DNA of 64,000 nt from Cyanobacteria bacterium REEB417 (GTDB lineage Bacteria; Cyanobacteriota; Cyanobacteriia; PCC-6307; Cyanobiaceae), in the NCBI GenBank assembly GCA_018970945.1, contig JAGWVJ010000001.1, positions 67,357 to 131,356 of the forward strand. Direction: 5' to 3'. The notes beneath the pieces were generated by a model that saw nothing but the letters and a program-made list of their open reading frames with translations, was not told the origin of the DNA and made no database searches. Of the stretch, positions 49,177-58,310 are shown piece after piece. Numbering within the stretch: the stretch's first letter is position 1; every line of letters starts with the position of its first letter. Made by a program: the position numbers and the translations under genes.

Positions 49177-49548
49177 TCACTGCTGCGATTCTCCCCCGTC
49201 GGCGGTGCCGCCCCCGTCGGCGCCCGGCAACGACCAGTGGCGGGCCAGCCACAGCAGCTGCAGCAGCGGCAGGCCCAGCACCAGGGCGGCCACCACCGTT
49301 GGGTTGACCGGCAGCGAGCCGGGCCAGCGCTCGCCGGCGGCCACCAGCAGCACCGACAGCATCAGGCTCAGGGCCCAGAGTCGGATGAAGGAGCGAATCA
49401 GGGAACCGGCCGCCAACTCGGGACGACCTGCAGCGATCACCCAGAAAGCTAGTCTGACTGATTGGCCCGTGCGCGGCAGTACCAGCACCATGAGCAAGCT
49501 TGCCTCCGGCGACAGCAGCCGGCTCGACAGCATCAACCCCTCGCTCAC
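49177..49548 (-). CDS. Hypothetical membrane protein directly upstream of argG (start uncertain)
   Basis: Three hydrophobic segments. 16 nt upstream of the argG start on the same strand. Confidence 0.4.
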   Translation of the reverse strand: MSEGLMLSSRLLSPEASLLMVLVLPRTGQSVRLAFWVIAAGRPELAAGSLIRSFIRLWALSLMLSVLLVAAGERWPGSLPVNPTVVAALVLGLPLLQLLWLARHWSLPGADGGGTADGGESQQ

Positions 49549-49765
49549 CCGCTACGGGCGCCAGGAGCCGGCGCCGGTGCTGCCGCTGCGCGACGAGCCC
49601 GACCTGCTGAGCTGGCTCGAGACCAGCGGCCGTCTGGTGGCCGACGAGGAGACCGCCAGCACCGAGGTGAGCACCGTCGAAGAGGAGGAGCTCTCGGCGC
49701 TCATGGGCGAAAAAGAGGATTACAACCAGAGCGACGAGCAACCTGAGGAAGACTGGGAAGACTGA
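49490..49765 (+). CDS. Small acidic hypothetical protein (91 aa)
   Basis: ATG at 49490: [44 protein letters not shown]...EEDWED. Coding-like, in-frame within a longer spurious track ORF. Confidence 0.45.
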   Translation: MSKLASGDSSRLDSINPSLTRYGRQEPAPVLPLRDEPDLLSWLETSGRLVADEETASTEVSTVEEEELSALMGEKEDYNQSDEQPEEDWED

Positions 49766-49778
49766 AGCCCGGCCCGTC

Positions 49779-50873
49779 TTGTCTGCAGCACCGACACCCG
49801 CGCTCCCTCAGCCACGGCTGGGGGCCCTGCTGCTCGGCCTCGTGGTCCTGGGAGCCTGCCTGAGCAGCGATCTGCTGGTGGCCAACTCGCTGCTGACGCC
49901 GCCGCTGCTGCTGACCGCGGGCATCAGCGTGCTGGTGTGCCGCTGGGGGGTGCCGCGGCTGCGGGCCCTCAAGCTGGGCCAGGTGATCCGGCAGGAAGGC
50001 CCCCAGACCCACCACAGCAAGGCCGGCACCCCCACCATGGGGGGCCTGCTGGTGGTGCCGGTGGGCGTGCTGGTGGGGGGGCTGATGAGTCCCGGCGACG
50101 CGCGCCTGCTGGCCCTGGCCGGCCTGACCCTGGCGACCATGGCCATCGGCGCCATCGACGACTGGACCAGCCTCACCAAACGCACCAACACCGGCCTGAG
50201 CCCCCGGGGCAAGCTGCTGCTGCAGGGCGCAGCGGCGCTGGTGTTTCTGATCTGGGCAGCCCGCGGGGGCTGGCTGGGCGGTGCCGAAGCCGGTGATGTG
50301 GCCCTGCCGCTGGGCTGGGTGCTGCCCCTGGGCCTGCTGATCTGGCCGCTGGGGCTGTTTGTGGTGCTGGCCGAAAGCAACGCCACCAACCTCACCGATG
50401 GCCTCGATGGCCTGGCTGCCGGCTGCGGCGCGGTCGTGTTCGGCGGCATGGGGCTGCAGCTGATGCTCAGGGGCCACGAAGGCGACCCCGTGCTGGGGGC
50501 CTTCTGCGCGGCCATGGCCGGCTGCTGGCTGGGCTTCCTGGCCTTCAACCACAACCCGGCGCGGGTGTTCATGGGCGACACCGGTTCGCTGGCCATGGGA
50601 TCAGCCCTGGCCGGGGTGGGCCTGCTCTCCAACAGCCTCTGGCCGCTGCTGCTGATGGGCGGAGTGTTTCTGGCCGAGTCGGTCTCGGTGATCCTGCAGG
50701 TGTGGGTGTTCAAGGCCACCAAGGGCCCCGATGGCGTCGGCCGGCGGCTGTTTCGCATGGCGCCGCTGCACCATCACTTCGAGCTGGGGGGCCTGAGCGA
50801 AGTGGCCGTGGTGCACCGCTTCTGGCTCGCAAGCCTGCTACTGGTGGTCCTGGGACTGGTGCTGCTGCCGTAA
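49779..50873 (+). CDS. mraY: Phospho-N-acetylmuramoyl-pentapeptide transferase
   Basis: [36 protein letters not shown] and FMGDTGSLA motifs. TTG start; no upstream ATG is available. Confidence 0.95.
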   Translation: MSAAPTPALPQPRLGALLLGLVVLGACLSSDLLVANSLLTPPLLLTAGISVLVCRWGVPRLRALKLGQVIRQEGPQTHHSKAGTPTMGGLLVVPVGVLVGGLMSPGDARLLALAGLTLATMAIGAIDDWTSLTKRTNTGLSPRGKLLLQGAAALVFLIWAARGGWLGGAEAGDVALPLGWVLPLGLLIWPLGLFVVLAESNATNLTDGLDGLAAGCGAVVFGGMGLQLMLRGHEGDPVLGAFCAAMAGCWLGFLAFNHNPARVFMGDTGSLAMGSALAGVGLLSNSLWPLLLMGGVFLAESVSVILQVWVFKATKGPDGVGRRLFRMAPLHHHFELGGLSEVAVVHRFWLASLLLVVLGLVLLP

Positions 50874-50879
50874 CCCTTC

Positions 50880-51116
50880 ATGCCCCACTTCACCTGGAAA
50901 GACACCGGCCTGACGGCCGACTGCGCCAGCCTCGAAGCCATGGCGGCCCGCTTTGAAGAGGCGGCGGGCCTGATGCGCCGCATGGCCGGCGAAGGCTTCG
51001 TGCTCGAACGCCGCAGCAACGGCCAGCGCATCACCCACCCCGAGCCCGGCGTCTTCGAGGCCTATGGGTTCATCAATGAAGAGTCGCCGGTGCGCCAGCT
51101 GACGCTGCTGCCCTAG
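50880..51116 (+). CDS. Hypothetical protein (78 aa)
   Basis: ATG start 7 nt after the mraY stop. Coding-like; no family recognised. Confidence 0.45.
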   Translation: MPHFTWKDTGLTADCASLEAMAARFEEAAGLMRRMAGEGFVLERRSNGQRITHPEPGVFEAYGFINEESPVRQLTLLP

Positions 51117-51343
51117 CGGCTGCGCAGGTACCCCACCAACCAGACCACCACGAATGCCAGCGACGAAGCCCCCAGATAAATCAGGGCCCACTTCTGGAGA
51201 GTGGCGATGTCCCAGCCGAACAGCAGCCCCTCGGCGGCATCACCGGCGGTGCTGAAGGCCAGGGTCAGGGCTGACAGCAAGGAGACACTGCGGCAGGATC
51301 GACCGATTCTGACCGGTGCCAGGTGCCGGCCGACGGCACCCAT
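51113..51343 (-). CDS. Small hypothetical membrane protein (76 aa if ATG at 51343)
   Basis: C-terminal TM helix WALIYLGASSLAFVVVWLVGYL. Its stop overlaps the stop of the convergent 50880..51116 gene (CTAG). Confidence 0.35.
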   Translation of the reverse strand: MGAVGRHLAPVRIGRSCRSVSLLSALTLAFSTAGDAAEGLLFGWDIATLQKWALIYLGASSLAFVVVWLVGYLRSR

Positions 51344-52538
51344 GACCCCACCGTTTGCCAGCCTGCCCCGCACCCTGCTGCTGCTGGGCAGCGGCGAACT
51401 GGGCAAGGAGGTGGCCATTGCCGCCCAACGCCTGGGCTGCCGGGTGATCGCCGTGGACCGCTATGCCGGGGCCCCAGCGATGCAGGTGGCCGACGCCTGT
51501 GAGGTCATCGCCATGACCGATGCCGAGGCCCTCAAGACGGTGGTGCGGCGCCACCAACCCGATCTGGTGATCCCCGAGATCGAAGCGCTGGCGGTCGATG
51601 CCCTGGCCGAGCTCGAGGCCGAGGGAATCACCGTGATTCCGACCGCCCGGGCCACGGCGGTCACGATGAACCGCGACCGCATCCGCGATCTGGCCGCCAG
51701 CGAGCTGGGTCTGCGCACGGCCCGCTTCGCCTATGCCGGCAGCGCGGCCGAGCTGGCGGCCGCGGCCGAACCCCTGGGCTGGCCGGTGGTGGTCAAGCCG
51801 GTGATGAGCTCGAGCGGCAAGGGGCAAAGTGTGGTGCAGGGTCCGGCGGGCATCGCCGCCTCCTGGGAGGCCGCCCTGGCCGGGGCCCGCGGCGCGGGGG
51901 CGCGGGTGATCGTCGAGGAGTTTCTGAACTTCGAGCTGGAGATCACCCTGCTCACCGTGAAGCAGTGGAAGGGGCCCACCCTGTTCTGCCCGCCGATCGG
52001 CCACATCCAGGAGCGGGGCGACTACCAGTGCAGCTGGCAGCCGGCGGCCGTGCCTGACACGGCCCTGGCGGCAGCCCGGGCGATGGCGGTCGCCGTCACC
52101 GACAACCTGGGCGGGGCGGGTCTGTTCGGGGTGGAGTTCTTTCTCTGCCGCAAGGCCGACGGCAGCACCGAGGTGGTGTTCTCGGAGCTCTCGCCGCGGC
52201 CCCATGACACCGGCCTGGTGACCCTGATGGGCCAGAACCTGAGCGAATTCGAGCTGCACCTGCGGGCCGTGCTGGGGTTGCCGATTCCGGCGATCCACAG
52301 CCTGGGGCCGGCCGCCAGCCGAGTGATCCTGGCCAGCACGAGCGCCTCTGCGCTGCAGTTCGAGGGTCTGGATGAGGCGCTGGCTGTGCCCGACACCCAG
52401 GTGCTGCTGTTCGGCAAGCCCGATGCCCGCCCCCACCGGCGGCTGGGGGTGGCCCTGGCCCGCGGCGCCAGTGAGACCGAGGCGCGCCAGCGGGCCGATG
52501 GGGCCGCGGCGGCGGTGCGGGTCATCGCACACCCCTGA
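51342..52538 (+). CDS. purT: Formate-dependent phosphoribosylglycinamide formyltransferase
   Basis: Internal ATG at 51342: ...TLLLLGSGELGKEVAIAAQRLGCRVIAVDRY. ATP-grasp body with SPRPHDTG. Confidence 0.92.
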   Translation: MTPPFASLPRTLLLLGSGELGKEVAIAAQRLGCRVIAVDRYAGAPAMQVADACEVIAMTDAEALKTVVRRHQPDLVIPEIEALAVDALAELEAEGITVIPTARATAVTMNRDRIRDLAASELGLRTARFAYAGSAAELAAAAEPLGWPVVVKPVMSSSGKGQSVVQGPAGIAASWEAALAGARGAGARVIVEEFLNFELEITLLTVKQWKGPTLFCPPIGHIQERGDYQCSWQPAAVPDTALAAARAMAVAVTDNLGGAGLFGVEFFLCRKADGSTEVVFSELSPRPHDTGLVTLMGQNLSEFELHLRAVLGLPIPAIHSLGPAASRVILASTSASALQFEGLDEALAVPDTQVLLFGKPDARPHRRLGVALARGASETEARQRADGAAAAVRVIAHP

Positions 52539-52592
52539 GCGGTAGCGGTCAAACATTGCCGCAACCCCTGGTGCAGCGGGGTTCTGCTCCTT

Positions 52593-53645
52593 ATGGTGCG
52601 CCGAGCAGTGTGCCCCATGACCCAGGCCCAGCCCCGCCGACCCGCCAGCCCGGGACCCAGCCGTCGCCGCAGGCGTGAAGGGCCGCCCGTGGTCACGGAC
52701 CTGGAGCAGCGCCGCCGCAGTGGCCGCAGCCGCCGGCCCGAGGGCCCGACCCGGCCGCGCAAACGCCGGCCCCTGCTGCCCTTTGCCCTGGGCGTTGCCG
52801 TGGGCTACGGCCTGGCCGGCCCCCTACCCCTGCTGGCGGGCAAGGCCCTGGCCGGCCTGTGGCCCCACGGCAACGCCATAGGCCAGCTGCTGCCATTCGG
52901 CATCAGCGGACGGCGCATTCTGGTGATGGGCATCGACCGGGTCAGCGACAGCACCGACGTGATGTTCACGGTGCAGGTCAAAGACGGCAGAACCCAGCTC
53001 ACCCAGCTGCCACGCGACACCTACATCGAAAGCCAGCGCCACGGGGTGCTCAAGGCCAATGCCGTCTATGCCTTCGGGGGCGTGGAGGCAGTGCGCCAGG
53101 ACCTGCCAGCCGTGCTGGGCGGTCCGGTGGACCGCTACCTCAAGGTCAACCTGCGCGCCGTGCAGCGGGTGGCCGATGCCATCGGCGGGGTCGAGGTCGA
53201 CGTGCCGAAGCGCCTGTACTACGTCGATAACAGCCAGGGCCTCTACATCGACCTCTATCCCGGCCGCCAACTCCTCAAGGGTGAGGCCCTCGAAGGCTTT
53301 CTGCGCTACCGCCACGACGAACATGGCGACCTGGGCCGCATGGACCGTCAACAGCTGGTGCTGAAGGAGATCTTCCGCAAACTGGCCAGCCCCAGCAGCC
53401 TGCCCCAGCTCCCCCAGCTGATGAAGATCGCCGGCGACGACATCAAGACCGACCTCACCTTGCTGGAGCTGGGCCAGTTGATCACCGCCATGGCCGGCAC
53501 CAGGCTGAGCACCAGCCAGATTCCGGGACGGCTGTTCTGGCAGAACGATCTCAGCTACTGGATGCCCGACAGCAACACCCACTACCCGGCCGGCAGGGAG
53601 CTCAACGGCTCAGACATCAGCGGTTCAGGAAACGGTGGTGTCTGA
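52593..53645 (+). CDS. LytR-CpsA-Psr (LCP) family protein
   Basis: Arg-rich N-terminus, TM helix, then ILVMGIDRVSDSTDVMFTVQV...LPRDTYI and RYRHDEHGDLGRMDRQQ LCP motifs. Confidence 0.8.
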   Translation: MVRRAVCPMTQAQPRRPASPGPSRRRRREGPPVVTDLEQRRRSGRSRRPEGPTRPRKRRPLLPFALGVAVGYGLAGPLPLLAGKALAGLWPHGNAIGQLLPFGISGRRILVMGIDRVSDSTDVMFTVQVKDGRTQLTQLPRDTYIESQRHGVLKANAVYAFGGVEAVRQDLPAVLGGPVDRYLKVNLRAVQRVADAIGGVEVDVPKRLYYVDNSQGLYIDLYPGRQLLKGEALEGFLRYRHDEHGDLGRMDRQQLVLKEIFRKLASPSSLPQLPQLMKIAGDDIKTDLTLLELGQLITAMAGTRLSTSQIPGRLFWQNDLSYWMPDSNTHYPAGRELNGSDISGSGNGGV

Positions 53646-55112
53646 AACCGGTGGTGTCTGAGACCGGCGGTGTTTGCTGCGGGTGGTGGTCGCAAGGGCG
53701 AACCGGAAATCGCCCTGAATCGGACGGCGCCGTTCAGCCATGCTGAGCACGTCGGAGTCTCTGAAGGAACCGTCGAGAGCAAGCGCAGGCAGCGCCTCAA
53801 GCAGGTAGCGGTTGATATGGGCATCCCAGCTGAACGAGCGGCTGACCGCCTCGATGCCGTTGTGACTCCAGCGCCGCCAACGGTCGCGGTCGCGCAGGCC
53901 CTCCTCAAGGGCCTGCTGCAGAGCATCGAGATCCGACACATCCACCAGCTGACCGCTGGCTGTGGTGGCGAGGATGTCGCGCGGGCCGCCGTCATCGGTC
54001 GCCACCAGCGGCAGCCCTGAGGCGGCTGCCTCCAGCAGGGTGAGCCCGAAGGGCTCGGTGAGCGCCGGATTCACGAACACCCCACCCAGGCGGGAGGCCC
54101 AGCGGTAGATCTGCGGGATCTGGCTGCGCTGGTGCCGCTTCGGATAGGCCACCCGCCCGTAGAGGTCGTGGCGATCCACCAGCTCGAACAACTGCTGCAG
54201 CAAGTTCCGCTGCTGTTGTTCAAGCTGACGGGGATCGTCGCGACTGCCCAGCACCAGCACCAGGTTGTGGTGGCTGCGCAACAGCTCGGAACGGCCGAAC
54301 ACCTCCACCAGCGCCGCAATGTTCTTGCGTGGATCGGGCCTGCAGATCGCCAGCAGCGGCGGCCTGACCGGCTGCCGCAAAAAGGGTTGCATCAACGCCT
54401 CGATGCCCCGCTCGGCCGCACCGTGCCGCGGTGGATGGAACAGGAGACTGTTGACTCCGGGCGGAATCACCCGAGTCCGTTCCGGCAGAAAACGGCGGTA
54501 GCGGCTGTATTGCTGGTCGCGTTCCTGACGGGTGCTGGTCACCACCAGCTGGCTGTGGGCAAGGGCCATCTCCTCGGCGTCGATGCGCCTCGCCATGGCG
54601 TACTGGGCCTCGATCTGACTGGGGTCGAGGCCGGCGTGAATCAGGCGACGGCGTTTCTCACGCCCGAGGGAGTGAGCGGTGAACACCAGCGGTATGCCCA
54701 GACGCCGCTGCAGCAGAGCACCCACATGACCGGCGTCGGCGTAGTGGGCATGAATCCAGTCGGGCAGACGCTCCTGACCCCGCAGGCGCTTCACCAGGGC
54801 ATCGGCGAGGTCGTCCAGATGGGGCCAGAGCAGCTCCTTGCGCAGGTAGCGACGCGGCCCGAAAGGCAACCGCACGGCGCGGGCACGGGGTCCGAGGGGC
54901 TCCTCGGCCTGGGCGTAGTCGGCCGCGACGCGGCGATCGTGGATCTGACGCGTCACCACCTCCACCAGCGCAACCTCGGGCCTGGCCGCCAGCGCCTGCA
55001 CCAGCTGCAGCACGTAGGTGGTCTGACCACCGGTGTCGGGGTCGCGGCCCAGCTCCAGGTCGTGACCCCGGAACAGGCCGTGCAGATGCAGGTGGAGGAC
55101 GTAGAGCCCCAC
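53625..55112 (-). CDS. sps: Sucrose-phosphate synthase, glycosyltransferase domain only
   Basis: LHLHGLFRGHDLELGRDPDTGGQTTYV, HAHYADAG and EPFGLTLLEAAASGLP GT4/SPS motifs. 495 aa with no HAD/SPP-like C-terminal domain. GTG start. Confidence 0.85.
   Translation of the reverse strand: MGLYVLHLHLHGLFRGHDLELGRDPDTGGQTTYVLQLVQALAARPEVALVEVVTRQIHDRRVAADYAQAEEPLGPRARAVRLPFGPRRYLRKELLWPHLDDLADALVKRLRGQERLPDWIHAHYADAGHVGALLQRRLGIPLVFTAHSLGREKRRRLIHAGLDPSQIEAQYAMARRIDAEEMALAHSQLVVTSTRQERDQQYSRYRRFLPERTRVIPPGVNSLLFHPPRHGAAERGIEALMQPFLRQPVRPPLLAICRPDPRKNIAALVEVFGRSELLRSHHNLVLVLGSRDDPRQLEQQQRNLLQQLFELVDRHDLYGRVAYPKRHQRSQIPQIYRWASRLGGVFVNPALTEPFGLTLLEAAASGLPLVATDDGGPRDILATTASGQLVDVSDLDALQQALEEGLRDRDRWRRWSHNGIEAVSRSFSWDAHINRYLLEALPALALDGSFRDSDVLSMAERRRPIQGDFRFALATTTRSKHRRSQTPPVSDTTVS
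53631..53677. repeat. Three-copy imperfect tandem repeat (15-16 nt unit)
   Basis: AACGGTGGTGTCTGA / AACCGGTGGTGTCTGA / GACCGGCGGTGTTTGC. Contains the LCP stop codon and encodes the last 16 codons (53631-53678) of the convergent sucrose-phosphate synthase gene. Confidence 0.6.
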
Positions 55113-55164
55113 AACAACCCCTGAGGCGAGTGCCCCTTGGCATAACGATGGTCAGCACCGCCGA

Positions 55165-55203
55165 CGCAAAACGACCGGTCCAGGGAACCGAACCGCCTGG
55201 ACC
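55165..55203 (-). terminator. Candidate terminator overlapping the uvrA stop codon
   Basis: Minus strand reads GGTCCAGG-N11-CCTGGACC (55196-55203 / 55177-55184) followed by GGTCGTTTTGCG. Confidence 0.4.
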
Positions 55204-58200
55204 TAGGCCGCCACCACGTCCTGTGGCGGATGCTGCTCCAGCACCTGCTTGAGGTAGCGCCCCGTGTGGGAGGTGGGATGCTCCGCCACCTCTTCCGGGG
55301 TGCCACACGCCACGATCTGACCGCCCTTGTCGCCACCTTCAGGGCCAAGATCAATGATCCAGTCGGAGCAGCGGATCACGTCGAGGTTGTGCTCGATCAC
55401 CAGGATCGAATTGCCCTTGTCGACCAGGCGCTGCATCACGTCCATGAGCTTGTGCACGTCGTAGAAACTCAGGCCGGTGGTGGGCTCGTCGATCAGGTAC
55501 AGGGTCTTGCCGGTCGCCCGTTTGGACAGCTCGGTCGCCAGCTTCACCCGCTGGGCCTCACCGCCCGAAAGGGTGGGAGCCGGCTGGCCCAGCTTGATGT
55601 ACCCCAGACCCACGTCGACCAGGGTGCGCAGCCGGTCGGCCGCCTGCGGGATCGCCGAAAACACCTCACTCGCCTGCTCGACCGTCATCTCGAGCACATC
55701 GGCGATGGTGAAGCCCCGGTAGTTGACCTGCAGCGTTTCACGGTTGTAACGGGCGCCCTTGCAGACGTCGCATTGCACGTAGACATCGGGCAGGAAGTTC
55801 ATCTCAATCACATTCACGCCCTGGCCGCTGCAGGCCTCGCAGCGGCCACCCTTGACGTTGAAGCTGAACTGACCCACCTGATATCCGCGGGCCTTGGCCT
55901 CGACCGTGGCCGCAAACACCTGGCGGATCGGGTCAAAGGCGCCGGTGTAGGTCGCCGGGTTGGAGCGCGGCGTGCGGCCGATCGGCGACTGGTCGATGAC
56001 GATCACCTTGTCGATCGCCTTGATGCCACGCAGCTCTTCGAGCCCTGCCGGGAACGGCACCTTGAGGCCCAGCTGATGCTCGAGCGCCGGGTGCAGCAGC
56101 TCGTTGACCAGGGTGCTCTTGCCGCTGCCGCTCACCCCGGTGACGCAGACCAGCCGGCCCAGGGGAATCTCGACCGACACATCGCGCAGGTTGTTGCGCG
56201 AACAGCCCAGCAGGCTGAGCCTGCGTGTGCCGCTGCTGCGCCGCTCAGCGGGGGTGGGGATCGAACGACGACCGCTCAGGTAAGCCCCGGTCAGGGAGTC
56301 GGCGGCGTTGAGCAGGGCCTCCAGATCGCCCTCGGCCACGATGTGGCCGCCGTGCACCCCGGCACCGGGACCGATGTCGACGATGTGGTCAGCGGCGCGG
56401 ATGGTGTCTTCGTCGTGCTCGACGACGATCAGCGTGTTGCCCAGATCCCGCAGCTTGGTGAGGGTGGCCAGCAGGCGGTCGTTGTCGCGCTGGTGCAGAC
56501 CGATGCTCGGCTCATCCAGCACGTACAGGACGCCCGTGAGCCCGGCACCGATCTGGGTGGCCAGGCGGATGCGCTGGGCCTCACCGCCGCTGAGGGTCAT
56601 GGCCGGCCGGTCGAGGCTCAGGTAGTCGAGCCCCACATCGAGCAAAAAGCGCAGGCGCATGCGGATCTCGCGGAGCACCAGATCGCCGATCTGGATCTGC
56701 CGCGCGCTCAGCTGGGGCTCGTGGCCCTCGCTGGCGCCCACCCCCATGAGCGCTTCGATGCGAGCCAGGGTCTCACCCACGCTGACCGCCGTGAGCTCAT
56801 GGATGCGGTACGGCCCCACCCGCACCGCCAGGGCCTCGGGCTTGAGCCGCAGCCCCTGGCAGCTGGCGCAGGGCACCAGCTCCAGGAACTTCTCCAGCTT
56901 CTGGCGCATGGCCTCACCGCTGGCGTCGCGCAGCTGCCGCTCGAGGATCGGCAGCACCCCCTCGAACGGGCGCACGTAGGTCTCGCTCTTGCGATAGCGG
57001 CTGTCGGCCTTGATCGAAATCGGCTCGCGTGAGCCGTTGAGCAGCACGTCACGCTGCTCATCGCTCAGCTGGTTCCAGGGGGTCTTGAGCTCGAAGCCGA
57101 AGGCCTCGCCCACGGAATAAAGGAGCGAGAAGTAATAGGAATTGTCTTTCTCAGCCCAGGGCGCCACGGCGGCGTACACCGGCAGGGTCGGATCGGGGAT
57201 GACCCGCTCGCGGGTGAACTTGCGCAGAAAACCGATGCCATGGCAGTCGGCGCAGGCGCCATAGGGGCTGTTGAACGAGAACAGCCGCGGCGAGAGCTCC
57301 TCCATGACGGCACCATGCACCGGACAGGCGAAGTTCTCCGAATAGAGCCGCTCGCGCTCCAGGCCTTCGGCCAGCTCCTCACCGCCTTTGGGCACCACCT
57401 CGACCAGGGCCAGGCCCTCACCGCGCTTGAGCGCCGTGCGCAGCGAGTCGGTGAGCCGCTCCTGAATGCCCTCGCGGGCCACCAGACGGTCGACCACCAC
57501 CTCGATGTTGTGGGCGTGGTTCTTGTCGAGCTCGATGTTGTCGGCGAGCTCGCGCACCTCACCGTTGATGCGCACCCGGGCAAAACCCTCGGCCACCAGG
57601 CCACTGAGCAGCTTCACGTGGGTGCCCTTCTTGCCACGCACCACCGGGGCCAGGAGCTGGTAACGGGTGCCGTCGGGCAGCCTGAGGATCTGATCGACCA
57701 TCTCGTCGATCGTCTGCGGTCGGATCGAGCGCTCGCACTGGGGACAGTGGGGCTCGCCGGCGCGACCGAACAGCAGGCGCAGGTAGTCCTGGATCTCGGT
57801 GACCGTACCGACGGTCGAGCGCGGGTTATGGCTGGTGGATTTCTGGTCGATCGAGATGGCCGGCGACAGCCCTTCGATCGCATCGACATCGGGCTTGTCG
57901 ACCTGGCCCAGAAACTGGCGCGCATAGGCCGAGAGGCTCTCGACGTAGCGGCGCTGACCCTCCGCGAAGATCGTGTCGAAGGCCAGCGAGCTCTTGCCGC
58001 TGCCGCTGACACCCGTAAACACCACCAGGCGGTTGCGCGGCAGGGTCAGATCAACGTTCTTGAGGTTGTGCTGGCGGGCACCCCGCACCCGGATCACATC
58101 CTCGAGCGAGCCGCCGCTGAGCACGCGGCTGCCATCGCGTTGAGCCACCTTGTCGTGCTTCTCGTGCAGGGTGAGCGCAGGCTTGTCCTTGGCGGTGCTC

Positions 58201-58283
58201 GCCTGACTGGCCTGGCTGCTCTTGGCGCGGGGCATCCGGCCGACTCGGGAACGGCTGAGTCTACGGGCGACAACGGGCCCCAT
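55203..58283 (-). CDS. uvrA: Excinuclease ABC subunit A
   Basis: IRVRGARQHNLKN, two ABC modules (GVSGSGKSS/GVSGSGKST) and zinc-finger Cys clusters. Confidence 0.97.
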   Translation of the reverse strand: MGPVVARRLSRSRVGRMPRAKSSQASQASTAKDKPALTLHEKHDKVAQRDGSRVLSGGSLEDVIRVRGARQHNLKNVDLTLPRNRLVVFTGVSGSGKSSLAFDTIFAEGQRRYVESLSAYARQFLGQVDKPDVDAIEGLSPAISIDQKSTSHNPRSTVGTVTEIQDYLRLLFGRAGEPHCPQCERSIRPQTIDEMVDQILRLPDGTRYQLLAPVVRGKKGTHVKLLSGLVAEGFARVRINGEVRELADNIELDKNHAHNIEVVVDRLVAREGIQERLTDSLRTALKRGEGLALVEVVPKGGEELAEGLERERLYSENFACPVHGAVMEELSPRLFSFNSPYGACADCHGIGFLRKFTRERVIPDPTLPVYAAVAPWAEKDNSYYFSLLYSVGEAFGFELKTPWNQLSDEQRDVLLNGSREPISIKADSRYRKSETYVRPFEGVLPILERQLRDASGEAMRQKLEKFLELVPCASCQGLRLKPEALAVRVGPYRIHELTAVSVGETLARIEALMGVGASEGHEPQLSARQIQIGDLVLREIRMRLRFLLDVGLDYLSLDRPAMTLSGGEAQRIRLATQIGAGLTGVLYVLDEPSIGLHQRDNDRLLATLTKLRDLGNTLIVVEHDEDTIRAADHIVDIGPGAGVHGGHIVAEGDLEALLNAADSLTGAYLSGRRSIPTPAERRSSGTRRLSLLGCSRNNLRDVSVEIPLGRLVCVTGVSGSGKSTLVNELLHPALEHQLGLKVPFPAGLEELRGIKAIDKVIVIDQSPIGRTPRSNPATYTGAFDPIRQVFAATVEAKARGYQVGQFSFNVKGGRCEACSGQGVNVIEMNFLPDVYVQCDVCKGARYNRETLQVNYRGFTIADVLEMTVEQASEVFSAIPQAADRLRTLVDVGLGYIKLGQPAPTLSGGEAQRVKLATELSKRATGKTLYLIDEPTTGLSFYDVHKLMDVMQRLVDKGNSILVIEHNLDVIRCSDWIIDLGPEGGDKGGQIVACGTPEEVAEHPTSHTGRYLKQVLEQHPPQDVVAA

Positions 58284-58310
58284 GTGCCCGGCAACTCTGG
58301 AGCTCAGCGC

